From contig CAVQOI010000005.1 of NCBI GenBank assembly GCA_963714425.1, positions 19,218-83,217 of the forward strand: a stretch of DNA of 64,000 bases. Reading direction: 5' to 3'. Below, in pieces: positions 29,093-37,781 of the stretch; positions within the stretch are counted from its first letter, which is position 1, and every line of letters starts with the position of its first letter. The translations under genes and the position numbers were made by a program. Below the pieces are notes generated by a model. That model had not been told where the DNA came from and searched no databases. It saw only the letters and a program-made list of their open reading frames with translations. This stretch comes from an uncultured Chloroflexia bacterium (GTDB lineage: Bacteria; Chloroflexota; Anaerolineae; Anaerolineales; UBA4823).

Positions 29093-29139
29093 AAATAAAA
29101 AGTGGGAAATCCGGTCGTATTGCGACCGGATTTCCCACT
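29093..29139 (-). terminator. Strong intrinsic terminator after the response-regulator gene
   Basis: Perfect 17-bp inverted repeat AGTGGGAAATCCGGTCG / CGACCGGATTTCCCACT (29101-29139) with a 5-nt loop. UUUUUAUUU follows on the minus strand. Confidence 0.75.
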
Positions 29140-29173
29140 CTAATTTTAGTTATTCAGCCAGCTATTTGATTAA

Positions 29174-29821
29174 TCAGATCTCGATGATTTTCTTCTGGAT
29201 GGCGTATTTGATCAGGTCGCCACGGTCATGAAGGTCCAATTTGCTCATCAGGTTAGTGCGGTGAGATTGGACCGTCTTGACCGAGATCGTGAGGATGCCG
29301 GCTATCTGTTTGGTGGTGTAGCCTTCCGCGATCAATTGTAAGACTTCATGCTCCCTCGGAGTGAGCCCATCATCAACCTGAGGTTGCAGTTCGCCCCATC
29401 GCAGATAGTCCTCAATAACCATGCGCGTGATGGCGGGCGATAAGACTGCCTCTCCACGATTGACTGTACGGATGGCGCCGATCAGATCGCGCGCAGCAGC
29501 ATCTTTGAGGATATAACCCATAGCTCCACAGGCTAACACCTGGCGGATATATTCTTCGTTTTCGTGCATGGTGAGGATGAGCACCCTGGTTTGGGGATTA
29601 TCGCGCTTGATCTGGCGGGTAGCTTGAAGTCCATTCAACACTGGCATAGCGATATCCATGAGAACAACATCTGGCTCAAGTTGCGAGACCATCTGCACAG
29701 CTATACGACCATCGTCTGCCTCACCCACAACAACCATATCACTCTCACTCTCAAGGAGTGAGCGGATACCATCCCGCAGGATTGTGTGGTCGTCGGCGAT
29801 CAAAATGCGAATCTTTTGCAC
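29174..29821 (-). CDS. NarL/FixJ-family response regulator (REC + LuxR HTH)
   Basis: ILIADDH...DVVLMDIAMP...K in the receiver domain. The C-terminus has LTPREHEVLQLIAEGYTTKQIAGILTISVKTVQSHRTNLMSKL. Confidence 0.85.
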   Translation of the reverse strand: MQKIRILIADDHTILRDGIRSLLESESDMVVVGEADDGRIAVQMVSQLEPDVVLMDIAMPVLNGLQATRQIKRDNPQTRVLILTMHENEEYIRQVLACGAMGYILKDAAARDLIGAIRTVNRGEAVLSPAITRMVIEDYLRWGELQPQVDDGLTPREHEVLQLIAEGYTTKQIAGILTISVKTVQSHRTNLMSKLDLHDRGDLIKYAIQKKIIEI

Positions 29822-29822
29822 G

Positions 29823-30878
29823 TTAGGCTACCTCGCCATTAATCACGGGCATAGTGACCTCGAGGGAAGTTCCCCGTCCGGGTTTTGAGTCCAATCTCAC
29901 ATTGCCACCAACCAGCTCAGCGCGTTCGATAATTCCAACAAGCCCCCACTGCTGCAAACGAACGGCACACGACGAGATTTGTTCCGTATTGAAGCCATGT
30001 CCATCGTCTTCAATGTGCAACCGAATGATATCATCACCTCTTTCCAGAGAGATTTTAGCACTACCAGCATTCGAATGTCTGACGATGTTGGTGACTGCTT
30101 CCTGTGCAATACGAAAGAGTGTGGTTTTGATCTCCTGGGAGAGCTGAGCAAATTCATCGGTGGCATTAAAATCAACACGAATGCCTGCTTCTTCTAATGA
30201 ATTGCGCGCATACCAACGGATTGCAGGTACGAGACCGAGGTCATCGAGAATGGTCGGGCGCAGATCGTGTATGGTCTTGCGCAAATCGCTCAAAGTCACT
30301 TGCGCTATATTGCGTGTATTGGTGAGCTTCTCTCGAATTCCCGAATCCTCTGGGGTCAGCTGATTTTCGAGGTGCTCGAGGTTGATAATCAGCATGCTCA
30401 ACGCTTGTCCTGTGTCGTCATGAAGGCTGCGGGCGATGCGTTTGCGTTCTTCCTCATGCGCATTAATGGCACGTTCTGATAGGTGTCGCAGCTGCCGGTT
30501 TTGGGCCTCAAGCTCAATGACCAATGTGTTGAGACCCGCGGCGATCTGGCTTATGTCTGGCGCTGCAGCCTGTAAGAATTCTGGTGGGATGTAGGTCTCG
30601 CCAGTATGGATTTTTTCAACCGCATTGGACAAGTCGATTAGGGGACGAAGTGCGAGTTTTATCAACCAATAGTTGAGAGTGATCGAAAGCAGCGTACCAA
30701 TGGTGGCAAAGAGGGCGATCAAGCTGATATCTGCAGCCTGGTCGGTCAGCAAGCGAGTCAGCAATGTCCCGCCAATTGCGCCTATAACGATGATTATCGA
30801 ATTACCGATGGCAATTTGCTTGAAGAGGGGTTGGCGGATAAATGGGCGCCGCAGGAAATCGAACAGGGATGAGCGCAT
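29823..30878 (-). CDS. Sensor histidine kinase (2 TM, HAMP, HisKA_3, HATPase_c)
   Basis: H-box ERKRIARSLHDDTGQAL (NarX/DegS type). ATPase N/G boxes (EAVTNIVRHSNA, DDGHGF, GLVGIIERAELVGG). Confidence 0.8.
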   Translation of the reverse strand: MRSSLFDFLRRPFIRQPLFKQIAIGNSIIIVIGAIGGTLLTRLLTDQAADISLIALFATIGTLLSITLNYWLIKLALRPLIDLSNAVEKIHTGETYIPPEFLQAAAPDISQIAAGLNTLVIELEAQNRQLRHLSERAINAHEEERKRIARSLHDDTGQALSMLIINLEHLENQLTPEDSGIREKLTNTRNIAQVTLSDLRKTIHDLRPTILDDLGLVPAIRWYARNSLEEAGIRVDFNATDEFAQLSQEIKTTLFRIAQEAVTNIVRHSNAGSAKISLERGDDIIRLHIEDDGHGFNTEQISSCAVRLQQWGLVGIIERAELVGGNVRLDSKPGRGTSLEVTMPVINGEVA

Positions 30879-31043
30879 ATGACAATAAAGGAGTGTCTAG
30901 GTAGGATAGCTGGTCACCAGGCCCCTACTTTCTTAAAATTATTATACATGAGAAAACCAGTATTCCTGGACAGGTGTGCCACCACAGGGTTGCTTAGGAT
31001 CATGCGCATATTCGTGGTCAAACAATTCAATTCCGCTGATAAT

Positions 31044-31085
31044 GAAAAAGCGGGGTCAGGCAGAGCAATTGAGCTGCTTGACCCC
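31044..31085 (-). terminator. Intrinsic terminator after the Flx/Hdr-like operon
   Basis: The minus strand reads GGGGTCAAGCAG-(10 nt)-CTGCCTGACCCC with one A/C mismatch, followed by GCUUUUUCAUUAUC. It lies 28 nt downstream of the stop at 31113. Confidence 0.5.
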
Positions 31086-31112
31086 ATTTCCCTTCTTATT
31101 CGCTTGCGCAAG

Positions 31113-31967
31113 CTATAGGAAACTTTCTAATAAAGAACCTACCTCAGCCATAGAAAATACAGGACCATCTACACAAACCAGTTTCTCACCCAGGTTGCAG
31201 CGACCGCATTTTCCGATGCCACAATGCATGCGCGCTTCAAGAGTTACATAGTTCTGGTCAGGTGTGAAGCCGAGCTTCTCAACGAGGATCTTGTTCACAA
31301 AGTGAATCATGATGGGCGGGCCGCAAGTAATCGTGATTGCGTTCTCTGGTACGGGTGCGACTCGATCCAGCAAATCCGTAATCAGGCCGACGTGATGGTC
31401 CCAATGGGAATCGGGGACATCTACGGTGAGATGCAATTGGGTGTCGGGAGCAGAGCGCCAGCTTTGGTACTCGTCAGTAAAAACCAGCAAGGAGGGGTGT
31501 CTTGCTGCCCAAAGGATCGTCAGGTGGCCGTAGTCCTGGCGGTTATTCAAGACATGTTGAATAACCGGGCGCAAGGGTGCCCCGCCTATCCCACCACCGA
31601 GGACGACCAGATCTTTGCCTTTAAAATCCTCCATGGGGAACCAATTCCCAAGAGGACCACGCACACCTATGATATCGCCAACACCCAGCTCGTGCATCTC
31701 TGTTGTAACCGATCCCAGGCGTTGAACGGCAAACTCCAGGGGACCACCATTTGGAGCAGAGGCAAAACCAAAAGCTGCCTCACCCACGCCAAATGCAGAT
31801 ACGAACGCGAACTGCCCAGGTTTATAGGAGCGAAAATGCTCGCTCCCTCCGTTTAGCATTTGCACTCCAAAGAGCTTGATCTCGGACCCAAGGTCTCTGG
31901 TGAAAACGAGTTTACCCAGGTAGGGCTTCATCGGATTATCGTGGTTATTTTCCGTATCTCGCGTCAT
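31113..31967 (-). CDS. FAD/NAD(P)-binding oxidoreductase with C-terminal [2Fe-2S] (FlxA / HydG / AsrB-like)
   Basis: Ferredoxin-reductase-type fold (PGQFAFVS, GPLG, VVLGGGIGGAPL). C-terminal CGIGKCGRCNLGEKLVCVDGPVF. Confidence 0.7.
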   Translation of the reverse strand: MTRDTENNHDNPMKPYLGKLVFTRDLGSEIKLFGVQMLNGGSEHFRSYKPGQFAFVSAFGVGEAAFGFASAPNGGPLEFAVQRLGSVTTEMHELGVGDIIGVRGPLGNWFPMEDFKGKDLVVLGGGIGGAPLRPVIQHVLNNRQDYGHLTILWAARHPSLLVFTDEYQSWRSAPDTQLHLTVDVPDSHWDHHVGLITDLLDRVAPVPENAITITCGPPIMIHFVNKILVEKLGFTPDQNYVTLEARMHCGIGKCGRCNLGEKLVCVDGPVFSMAEVGSLLESFL

Positions 31968-32971
31968 GAGGCCACCTCCGCCATGTCAGCAAGCACTTCT
32001 CCAATATCGATATTGACAGGGCACATCTCAATACAGCGTCCACAGCCGGTACATGCCATTGGACCGTACTGCTCTGCATAGTAGTGAAACTTACACATAA
32101 AGCGATTACGCAGACGTTGGCTTGTGGAGGCGCGTGGGTTATGACCCCCAGCAATCCGACGATAGGAGGGACTGGTGCAAGTATCCCAACAGCGAATGCG
32201 CTCGTATTCGGATTTACCGTCACCACCCGTTAGCGCTTCATCGCGCACGATGAAACACCTGCAGGTAGGACATACATAACCACATATGCGGCAGCTCAGA
32301 CATCGCTCTGCCAAACGCTCCCAGTAAGCATCCGTGAAACGCGCAGACCAGCTTATCGTCTGGGGAGATGGGATCTTGGATAGATCCCGCCTATCGATGA
32401 TGGGTGGTACAACCACCTCGCCAGTAACTGGTTTGAGGCGATCTGATAGGAGCTGGTTGCCTTTTTCAGTCACAATTTGGGCGAGGTAACCTCCATCAGT
32501 TTCGGTAAGCATGATGTCCATGTCCTGAGGATCATCTGGAAACCCTCCAACACTGGTACAAAAGCAGGTTTCGCCCATCTCGCGGCATGCGAGGCCAATC
32601 AGGGTTGTATTTTCCCGACGCTTGGCATAGTACGGATCAGATGGCTCCATCAGGAACATCTCATCCAGGATCTTCATCCCCCTGGCGTCACATGGGCGGA
32701 CACCAAAGATGACGACCTCACCTTCAGGCAAGGTCTCGGTAAGCTGAAGCTCTTGCCCGTTTATGTGGATATGTAGCAGCGCCTCCGTTGCAGGGAAGAA
32801 CACTTCTTTTATGGATAGTGCAGGGCGCGAAAACTTCCAGGCGATTTCCGACGTGGTTCCCACCTGGCGGTAACGAAGGACACCTTCATCCCGGGTGGGA
32901 GCAACAAGATTCGATTCTTGTGCTAAGTTATCGAGTATTGCGGAGAGATCTGCTTGGGATAGGAACTTCAT
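31964..32971 (-). CDS. 4Fe-4S dicluster protein (FlxB/C, HydB, AsrA-like)
   Basis: CLSCRICGYVCPTCRCF and CTGCGRCIEMCPVNI. 4-nt overlaps with both neighbours. Confidence 0.65.
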   Translation of the reverse strand: MKFLSQADLSAILDNLAQESNLVAPTRDEGVLRYRQVGTTSEIAWKFSRPALSIKEVFFPATEALLHIHINGQELQLTETLPEGEVVIFGVRPCDARGMKILDEMFLMEPSDPYYAKRRENTTLIGLACREMGETCFCTSVGGFPDDPQDMDIMLTETDGGYLAQIVTEKGNQLLSDRLKPVTGEVVVPPIIDRRDLSKIPSPQTISWSARFTDAYWERLAERCLSCRICGYVCPTCRCFIVRDEALTGGDGKSEYERIRCWDTCTSPSYRRIAGGHNPRASTSQRLRNRFMCKFHYYAEQYGPMACTGCGRCIEMCPVNIDIGEVLADMAEVAS

Positions 32972-34329
32972 GGCAGCTGCTCCTCTCCGTTCAGGATTGT
33001 GACGAATGGTGATGGGACTGGCTCCAGACCGGCACGGTGCCCGAATACTGTCTGCATCTCCTGGATGAGTTTCCCGTTGAGCAAGCTAATCGGGATCTCC
33101 ATCGGACACACACGCTCGCACTCGTGGCAATCCACGCAACGACCAGCCAGATGATATGCTCTTCCCAGGTGGAAGGTGCGTTTCTCATTTGCATTGATGC
33201 CCATGCCTACCCAGAGAGAGTCATCTCGCTCGTACAAGCAGGTGGGGCAGGCACACATCGGACAGACCTGGCGACAAGCATAGCAGCGGATACATCGATC
33301 GAACTGCGACAGCCAATATTCCATACGCTCTGGAGCTGACTTAGCATCCAGCTCGGAAAGCCGCGGGGGAATCACAAGCTGAGGATGCACTTCTGGGGCA
33401 TCGCCGACCAGGGTGTCGTATACAATGGGTATACGCTGATCACATTCCTGGCATCGCTCCTGGAGACTGCAATTGTCGCTGTTCACTTCTCGCATCCCCT
33501 GGCAGGCCACTCCAATCACATGAACCTGACCCCGCTCAAACCGATTTTCAGCGAGCAACACGTTTATCGCCCGGCTGTCACACGGTTTTGCCACGATGGC
33601 GATGGGTTTTTTGGGTTCTGATCCTGCCTTTGTCCCCGGAGGGTAGAGGGTCGAGTGCAGGTAAGTCGTCAGGTTATGGGAGCAGTCCTGGTTCCAAACT
33701 AGGCGCTGGACCTCTGCCGGATTGCGGACAAACGCTGGGCGTGTGCGCCCATGCGTACCAGACTCATAGCCTATTACAACGCTCACTTCGCCTGTGGAAA
33801 GCAACTGGCGCGCTGTATCCTGGATCAACACGGCCACATGGGATTCATCAGGAGGCGCAACCAGTCTGGCTGTCGAAGTCTCTGTATTGAAATTAGTTCT
33901 TACTGGATCGTGGTCTCGCTGGCTTAATCTCCATTTCACTGGTCCAAGTGAACGCACCTTGTCTGTGAACTCGTTTACGATGCGACTGAAGCGCTCACCT
34001 TCAGAAGCGGAAACGTAATCGAGCCGCAGCCTTTCGGGCTCCAGCCCGGTAAAAGCCATGAGCGATTGGAGAATTGGCAGGCGCTTGGCTGTGCGATGAT
34101 TGCCAGTGTCATAATGGCATTCACCGACGTGGCAGGCGAGGACAAGCACACCATCTGCCCCTTGGTCAAAGGTACGCATGATTATCTCGGGAGCGACACG
34201 TCCAGAACAGGGGACGCGCACAGCACGCACATTTGCTGGAGATTTCAGCCGAGCGATACCAGCTGTATCAGCGCCTGTATAGCTACACCAGGTACATAGA
34301 AATGCAATGATCTTAGGTTCGTATGGCAT
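32968..34329 (-). CDS. MvhD/FlxD-domain protein fused to an Fe-S (2x[4Fe-4S]) module
   Basis: The N-terminus KIIAFLCTWCSYTGADTAG...VRVPCSGRVAPEIIMRTF..GADGVLVLACHVGECHY is an MvhD/FlpD domain. The C-terminus has CIRCYACRQVCPMCACPTC and CVDCHECERVCP. Confidence 0.7.
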   Translation of the reverse strand: MPYEPKIIAFLCTWCSYTGADTAGIARLKSPANVRAVRVPCSGRVAPEIIMRTFDQGADGVLVLACHVGECHYDTGNHRTAKRLPILQSLMAFTGLEPERLRLDYVSASEGERFSRIVNEFTDKVRSLGPVKWRLSQRDHDPVRTNFNTETSTARLVAPPDESHVAVLIQDTARQLLSTGEVSVVIGYESGTHGRTRPAFVRNPAEVQRLVWNQDCSHNLTTYLHSTLYPPGTKAGSEPKKPIAIVAKPCDSRAINVLLAENRFERGQVHVIGVACQGMREVNSDNCSLQERCQECDQRIPIVYDTLVGDAPEVHPQLVIPPRLSELDAKSAPERMEYWLSQFDRCIRCYACRQVCPMCACPTCLYERDDSLWVGMGINANEKRTFHLGRAYHLAGRCVDCHECERVCPMEIPISLLNGKLIQEMQTVFGHRAGLEPVPSPFVTILNGEEQLP

Positions 34330-34340
34330 TCCACGACCTC

Positions 34341-37300
34341 CTAAGTACTTACGATTCCCGGGACTATCGGCATGGAAGTGGCAGGCACATCCATATCCAG
34401 AGCTCCGAGCATCTCATTAATGATCTGGCGATCATCGTAGTGGATCAGGCTCATGGCTTTATTTGGACAAGCTGCAGCGCAAGTACCACAGCCTTTGCAC
34501 AGGAAGCCTTTCACTACAGCGACTCCATCCTGAAGCTCGACCGCCCCATAAGGGCAAGCGTAGGTGCATTGCCCGCAACCCGCACAGCGGACTTGATTGA
34601 CAACAGCAATGGATGGATCCAAAGCGATCGTACCCTGGTCTATCAGCGAGAGAGCAGCAGCGGCTGCGGCTCCTGCCTGGGCGACACTATCGGGGATATC
34701 CTTCGGGCTCTGGCAGGCGCCGGCCAGGTAGATCCCTTCGTTCGCCGTTTCAACGGGAGCGAGCTTGGGGTGGCGCTCGAGAAAGAAACCATCGCGGCTG
34801 CGGCTAAGACCAAAAGTGTTGGCGACGCGGGAGGAATCATCGCGCGGCTCGAAACCGGTAGCGAGGATAACCATATCCACTTCGACATGGTCTGGCTGGT
34901 TATAGAAACTCTCATCCCAGGAGACACGTAGCTTTCCATTCACACGCTCGACGCTCCGTACTCTCCCGTGGTAGAAGTTGACACCCTTCTTTCGTGTGCG
35001 GTTATAGAACTCCTCATAATCTTTGCCGAAGGTGCGCATATCTCGATAAACTTCGTGGACTTCGGCGTCCACATAGTCATGTACCAGCTGGGCAAATTTC
35101 AAGGAATACATGCAACATGCACGCGAGCAATACTCATTGGTTTCCGTGTCGCGGCTACCAATACAATGCACAATGGCGACACTTTTCGGAGGCTTGCCAT
35201 CGGTAAGCAGCACTTTTCCACTGGTTGGACCGCTGGCGTTGATCAGTCGCTCAAATTCCATCGCAGAGACAATGTTGTCAAGCTTGCCATAGCCAAGTTC
35301 GGGAATGCGGGCAGGATCGAAATCCTTAAAGCCAGTCGCCAGAATGATCGTACCGACCTTAATGTCGATGGTCTCATCCTGCATATTGTGATCGATTGCG
35401 CCGCGCTCGCACGCTGCCAGGCACTCCAGGCACTCTGAACAGATGCCACAGCGCAAACATCGCTCAGCCTCGCTCAGCGCCTCTTCCTCGCTCATGGTCA
35501 GGTCGACCTCGCGGAAATTGTGAACGCGTTCTTGCACGGGGATGCTTCGTATGGGGACACGCCCAGCCAAGGAGGCCTCCCCGTTGTCAAACTTTTGCTC
35601 GATCTCTTCCTGGGTCAACTGGACTGTAGGCAGCTTGCGTGGTTCCTGAAGGCCGTTTTCGCCGCGCAGATAACGGTCAATACTGCGTGCGACGCGGTGA
35701 CCTTCGCCGATGGCATCGACAACAAAGAAAGTAACGCCGCGATGGACGTCGCCAGCGACAAATACACCTCGTTGTGTGGTCATCATATCCGCATTGCTCT
35801 GGATGCCCACGGGGTAGCGTGTATTGATGCTGCCATCGGGTGGCAGGAAGGAGAAATCCGGTCCCTGACCAATTGCCCATATGACCAGGTCGGCGGGAAG
35901 AATATGCTCGGTGCCAGGGATTTCATCCATATCCGGACGCCCCTGCTTGAAGCCTCGGAAGTTGACCTCGACACTGCGCACACCAAGAATCTTATCTTCT
36001 TTCACCACAATTTCTTTGAAGGTCCTGGAGGGGCATAAGATCACGCCTTCCTCTTCAGCAACACCGACCTCCCAGTCGAAACCAGGCATCTCGCCGCGCG
36101 GTTCCAAACAAGCCATACGTACCTCATCCGCGCCTAGACGCAGGACAGTTCGGGCAGTGTCTAGGGCGACATTTCCGCCACCCAGGACCACGACTTTCTT
36201 ACCGCTTAAGTCGATCTTCTCACCGAGTGTAACCTGGCGAAGCAGTTTCAAGCTGAGCCAGTTGTCCGGATGGTTCGAGTTACGGATAGGCAGCTTTTTG
36301 GCGGAATGAGCGCCAGTCGCAACAAGAACGGAGTGATAGCCGTTCTCGAGTAGGGAGGGGATGTCATCTACCCAGGCGTTCAGGCGAAGATCGACGCCCT
36401 CCTCAATTACCTGCTTGATCTCCCAATCGAGCATATCTGTTGGCAGCCGGTGAGGGGGGATACCGACGCGCATCATCCCGCCTGCAACGGGGAGTGCATC
36501 GAAGACGGTAACCTGGTGTCCTAATCGCACCAAGTCAAGAGCGGCAGTAAGCCCTGCTGGACCTGCCCCGATAATGGCGACCTTTTTCCCAGATTGTGGG
36601 TGGTTGTGCTGGAACGGGGTGCCAACCAAACTTTTATCACGCATCTGGGGTAATTCATGCCTGTGCTCGTACGCCCAGTCTGAGACGAAGCGCTTTAAGC
36701 CCATGATGTTCACGGATTCATCATACTTGCCTCGGCTGCACATATCCTCGCAGTGGTGATTGCAGACCCGCCCGCAGACAGATGGGAAAGGATGCTCCCT
36801 GCGAATCGCCCAATAGGCGTCTGCATAGCGTTTTTGACCAATGAGAGCGATATATCCCTGCGCGCGCTGGTCGGTAGGGCAGGCACTCCTACAAGGAGCA
36901 ACGCCTAGTTTTTGGATGGCGTAAGCCCCCGGAACTGCCTGGGCGGAGAATCGGTAAGATGCTTTGCGTGTGCTGAGGCCCATATCGAACGGGTTGGAGA
37001 TGTCAACAGGGCAAACTTCTGCGCATTTCCCGCATCCAGTGCATTGGGATTCATCGATATAACGTGATTTGCGGTGCACGCGCACATCGAAATTCCCAAC
37101 ATAACCAGAAACCGATTGGACCTCGCTGTAGCTCAGTAAGCTGATGTTTTCGTGGCGTCCAACGGACACCATTTTTGGTGTGAGTATTCAAGCCGCGCAG
37201 TCAAGCGTGGGGAAGGTCTTATATAGCTGAGCCATATGCCCACCGATGCTTGGCTCACGCTCTACAAGGTATACGTGCTTCCCAGCGTCTGCGAGCCTGA

Positions 37301-37781
37301 GGGCAGCCTCGATCCCAGCAATGCCTCCACCAACCACTAGAGTAGATGGGAGCATGTCAACATTGCGCTGCTCCAGCGGCTCGTGATAGCGTACTCGCCG
37401 GACAGCAGCTTCGACCAAACTCATGGCTTTATTGGTCGCCATATCCCGGTCGTCGATCACCCAGGAGCAATGCTCACGGATATTTGCCATCTGGAAGAAG
37501 AAAGGATTGAGTCCGCCTTCCATGCAGGCTTTTCTAAAGGTCGGCTCATGCATCAACGGGGTGCAAGAAGCCACCACAACCCGGTTCAAACCGTACTCAC
37601 GAATATCCTCTTTGATCAGATCCTGGCCCGGATCGGAGCACATATAGGTGTAATCTTTAGCTAGAATGACACCATCCAGAGTCCGGGCGTGGTCAGCGAC
37701 CGACTTCACGTCCACCGTGGCGGCAATATTGGTGCCGCAATGACAGACGTACACGCCGGTTCTGATTTTGGAGAGGTTCAT
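34341..37781 (-). CDS. hdrA: HdrA-like flavoprotein with in-frame UGA (predicted Sec198) and an inserted GltD/NfnB-like NAD(P)H module; read-through product 1146 aa
   Basis: Track ORFs 37188..37781 and 34341..37172 are in the same frame, separated only by TGA (37188-37190): TLDCAA-TGA-ILTPKMVSVGRHENI. The N-terminus has VVGGGIAGIEAAL (FAD). An insert at about 35460-36930 has CRSACP...CGRVCNHHCEDMC plus IIGAGPAGLTAA and VVLGGGNVALD, which is GltD-like. Confidence 0.7.
37153..37171 (-). promoter_or_regulatory. Candidate bacterial SECIS hairpin for the long hdrA
   Basis: The minus strand reads U GGUGUCC GUU GGACGCC A, an 8-bp stem with a 3-nt G-containing loop, starting 16 nt after the UGA. Confidence 0.5.

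Noticed and set aside
31113-32971. Calling the AsrA/AsrB-like pair an anaerobic sulfite reductase
   Set aside because: No AsrC (sirohaem catalytic subunit) is present in the operon. The context (MvhD plus HdrA) fits a Flx/HydBG-type electron-transfer module better.
37170-37190. Reading the split hdrA loci as pseudogenes, or as separate small and large subunit genes
   Set aside because: Both paralogs keep the same frame across the TGA. The TGA falls on a conserved Cys position, and an identical hairpin follows in both. The downstream 'start' Met is simply the Met of the conserved ILTPKMV motif.
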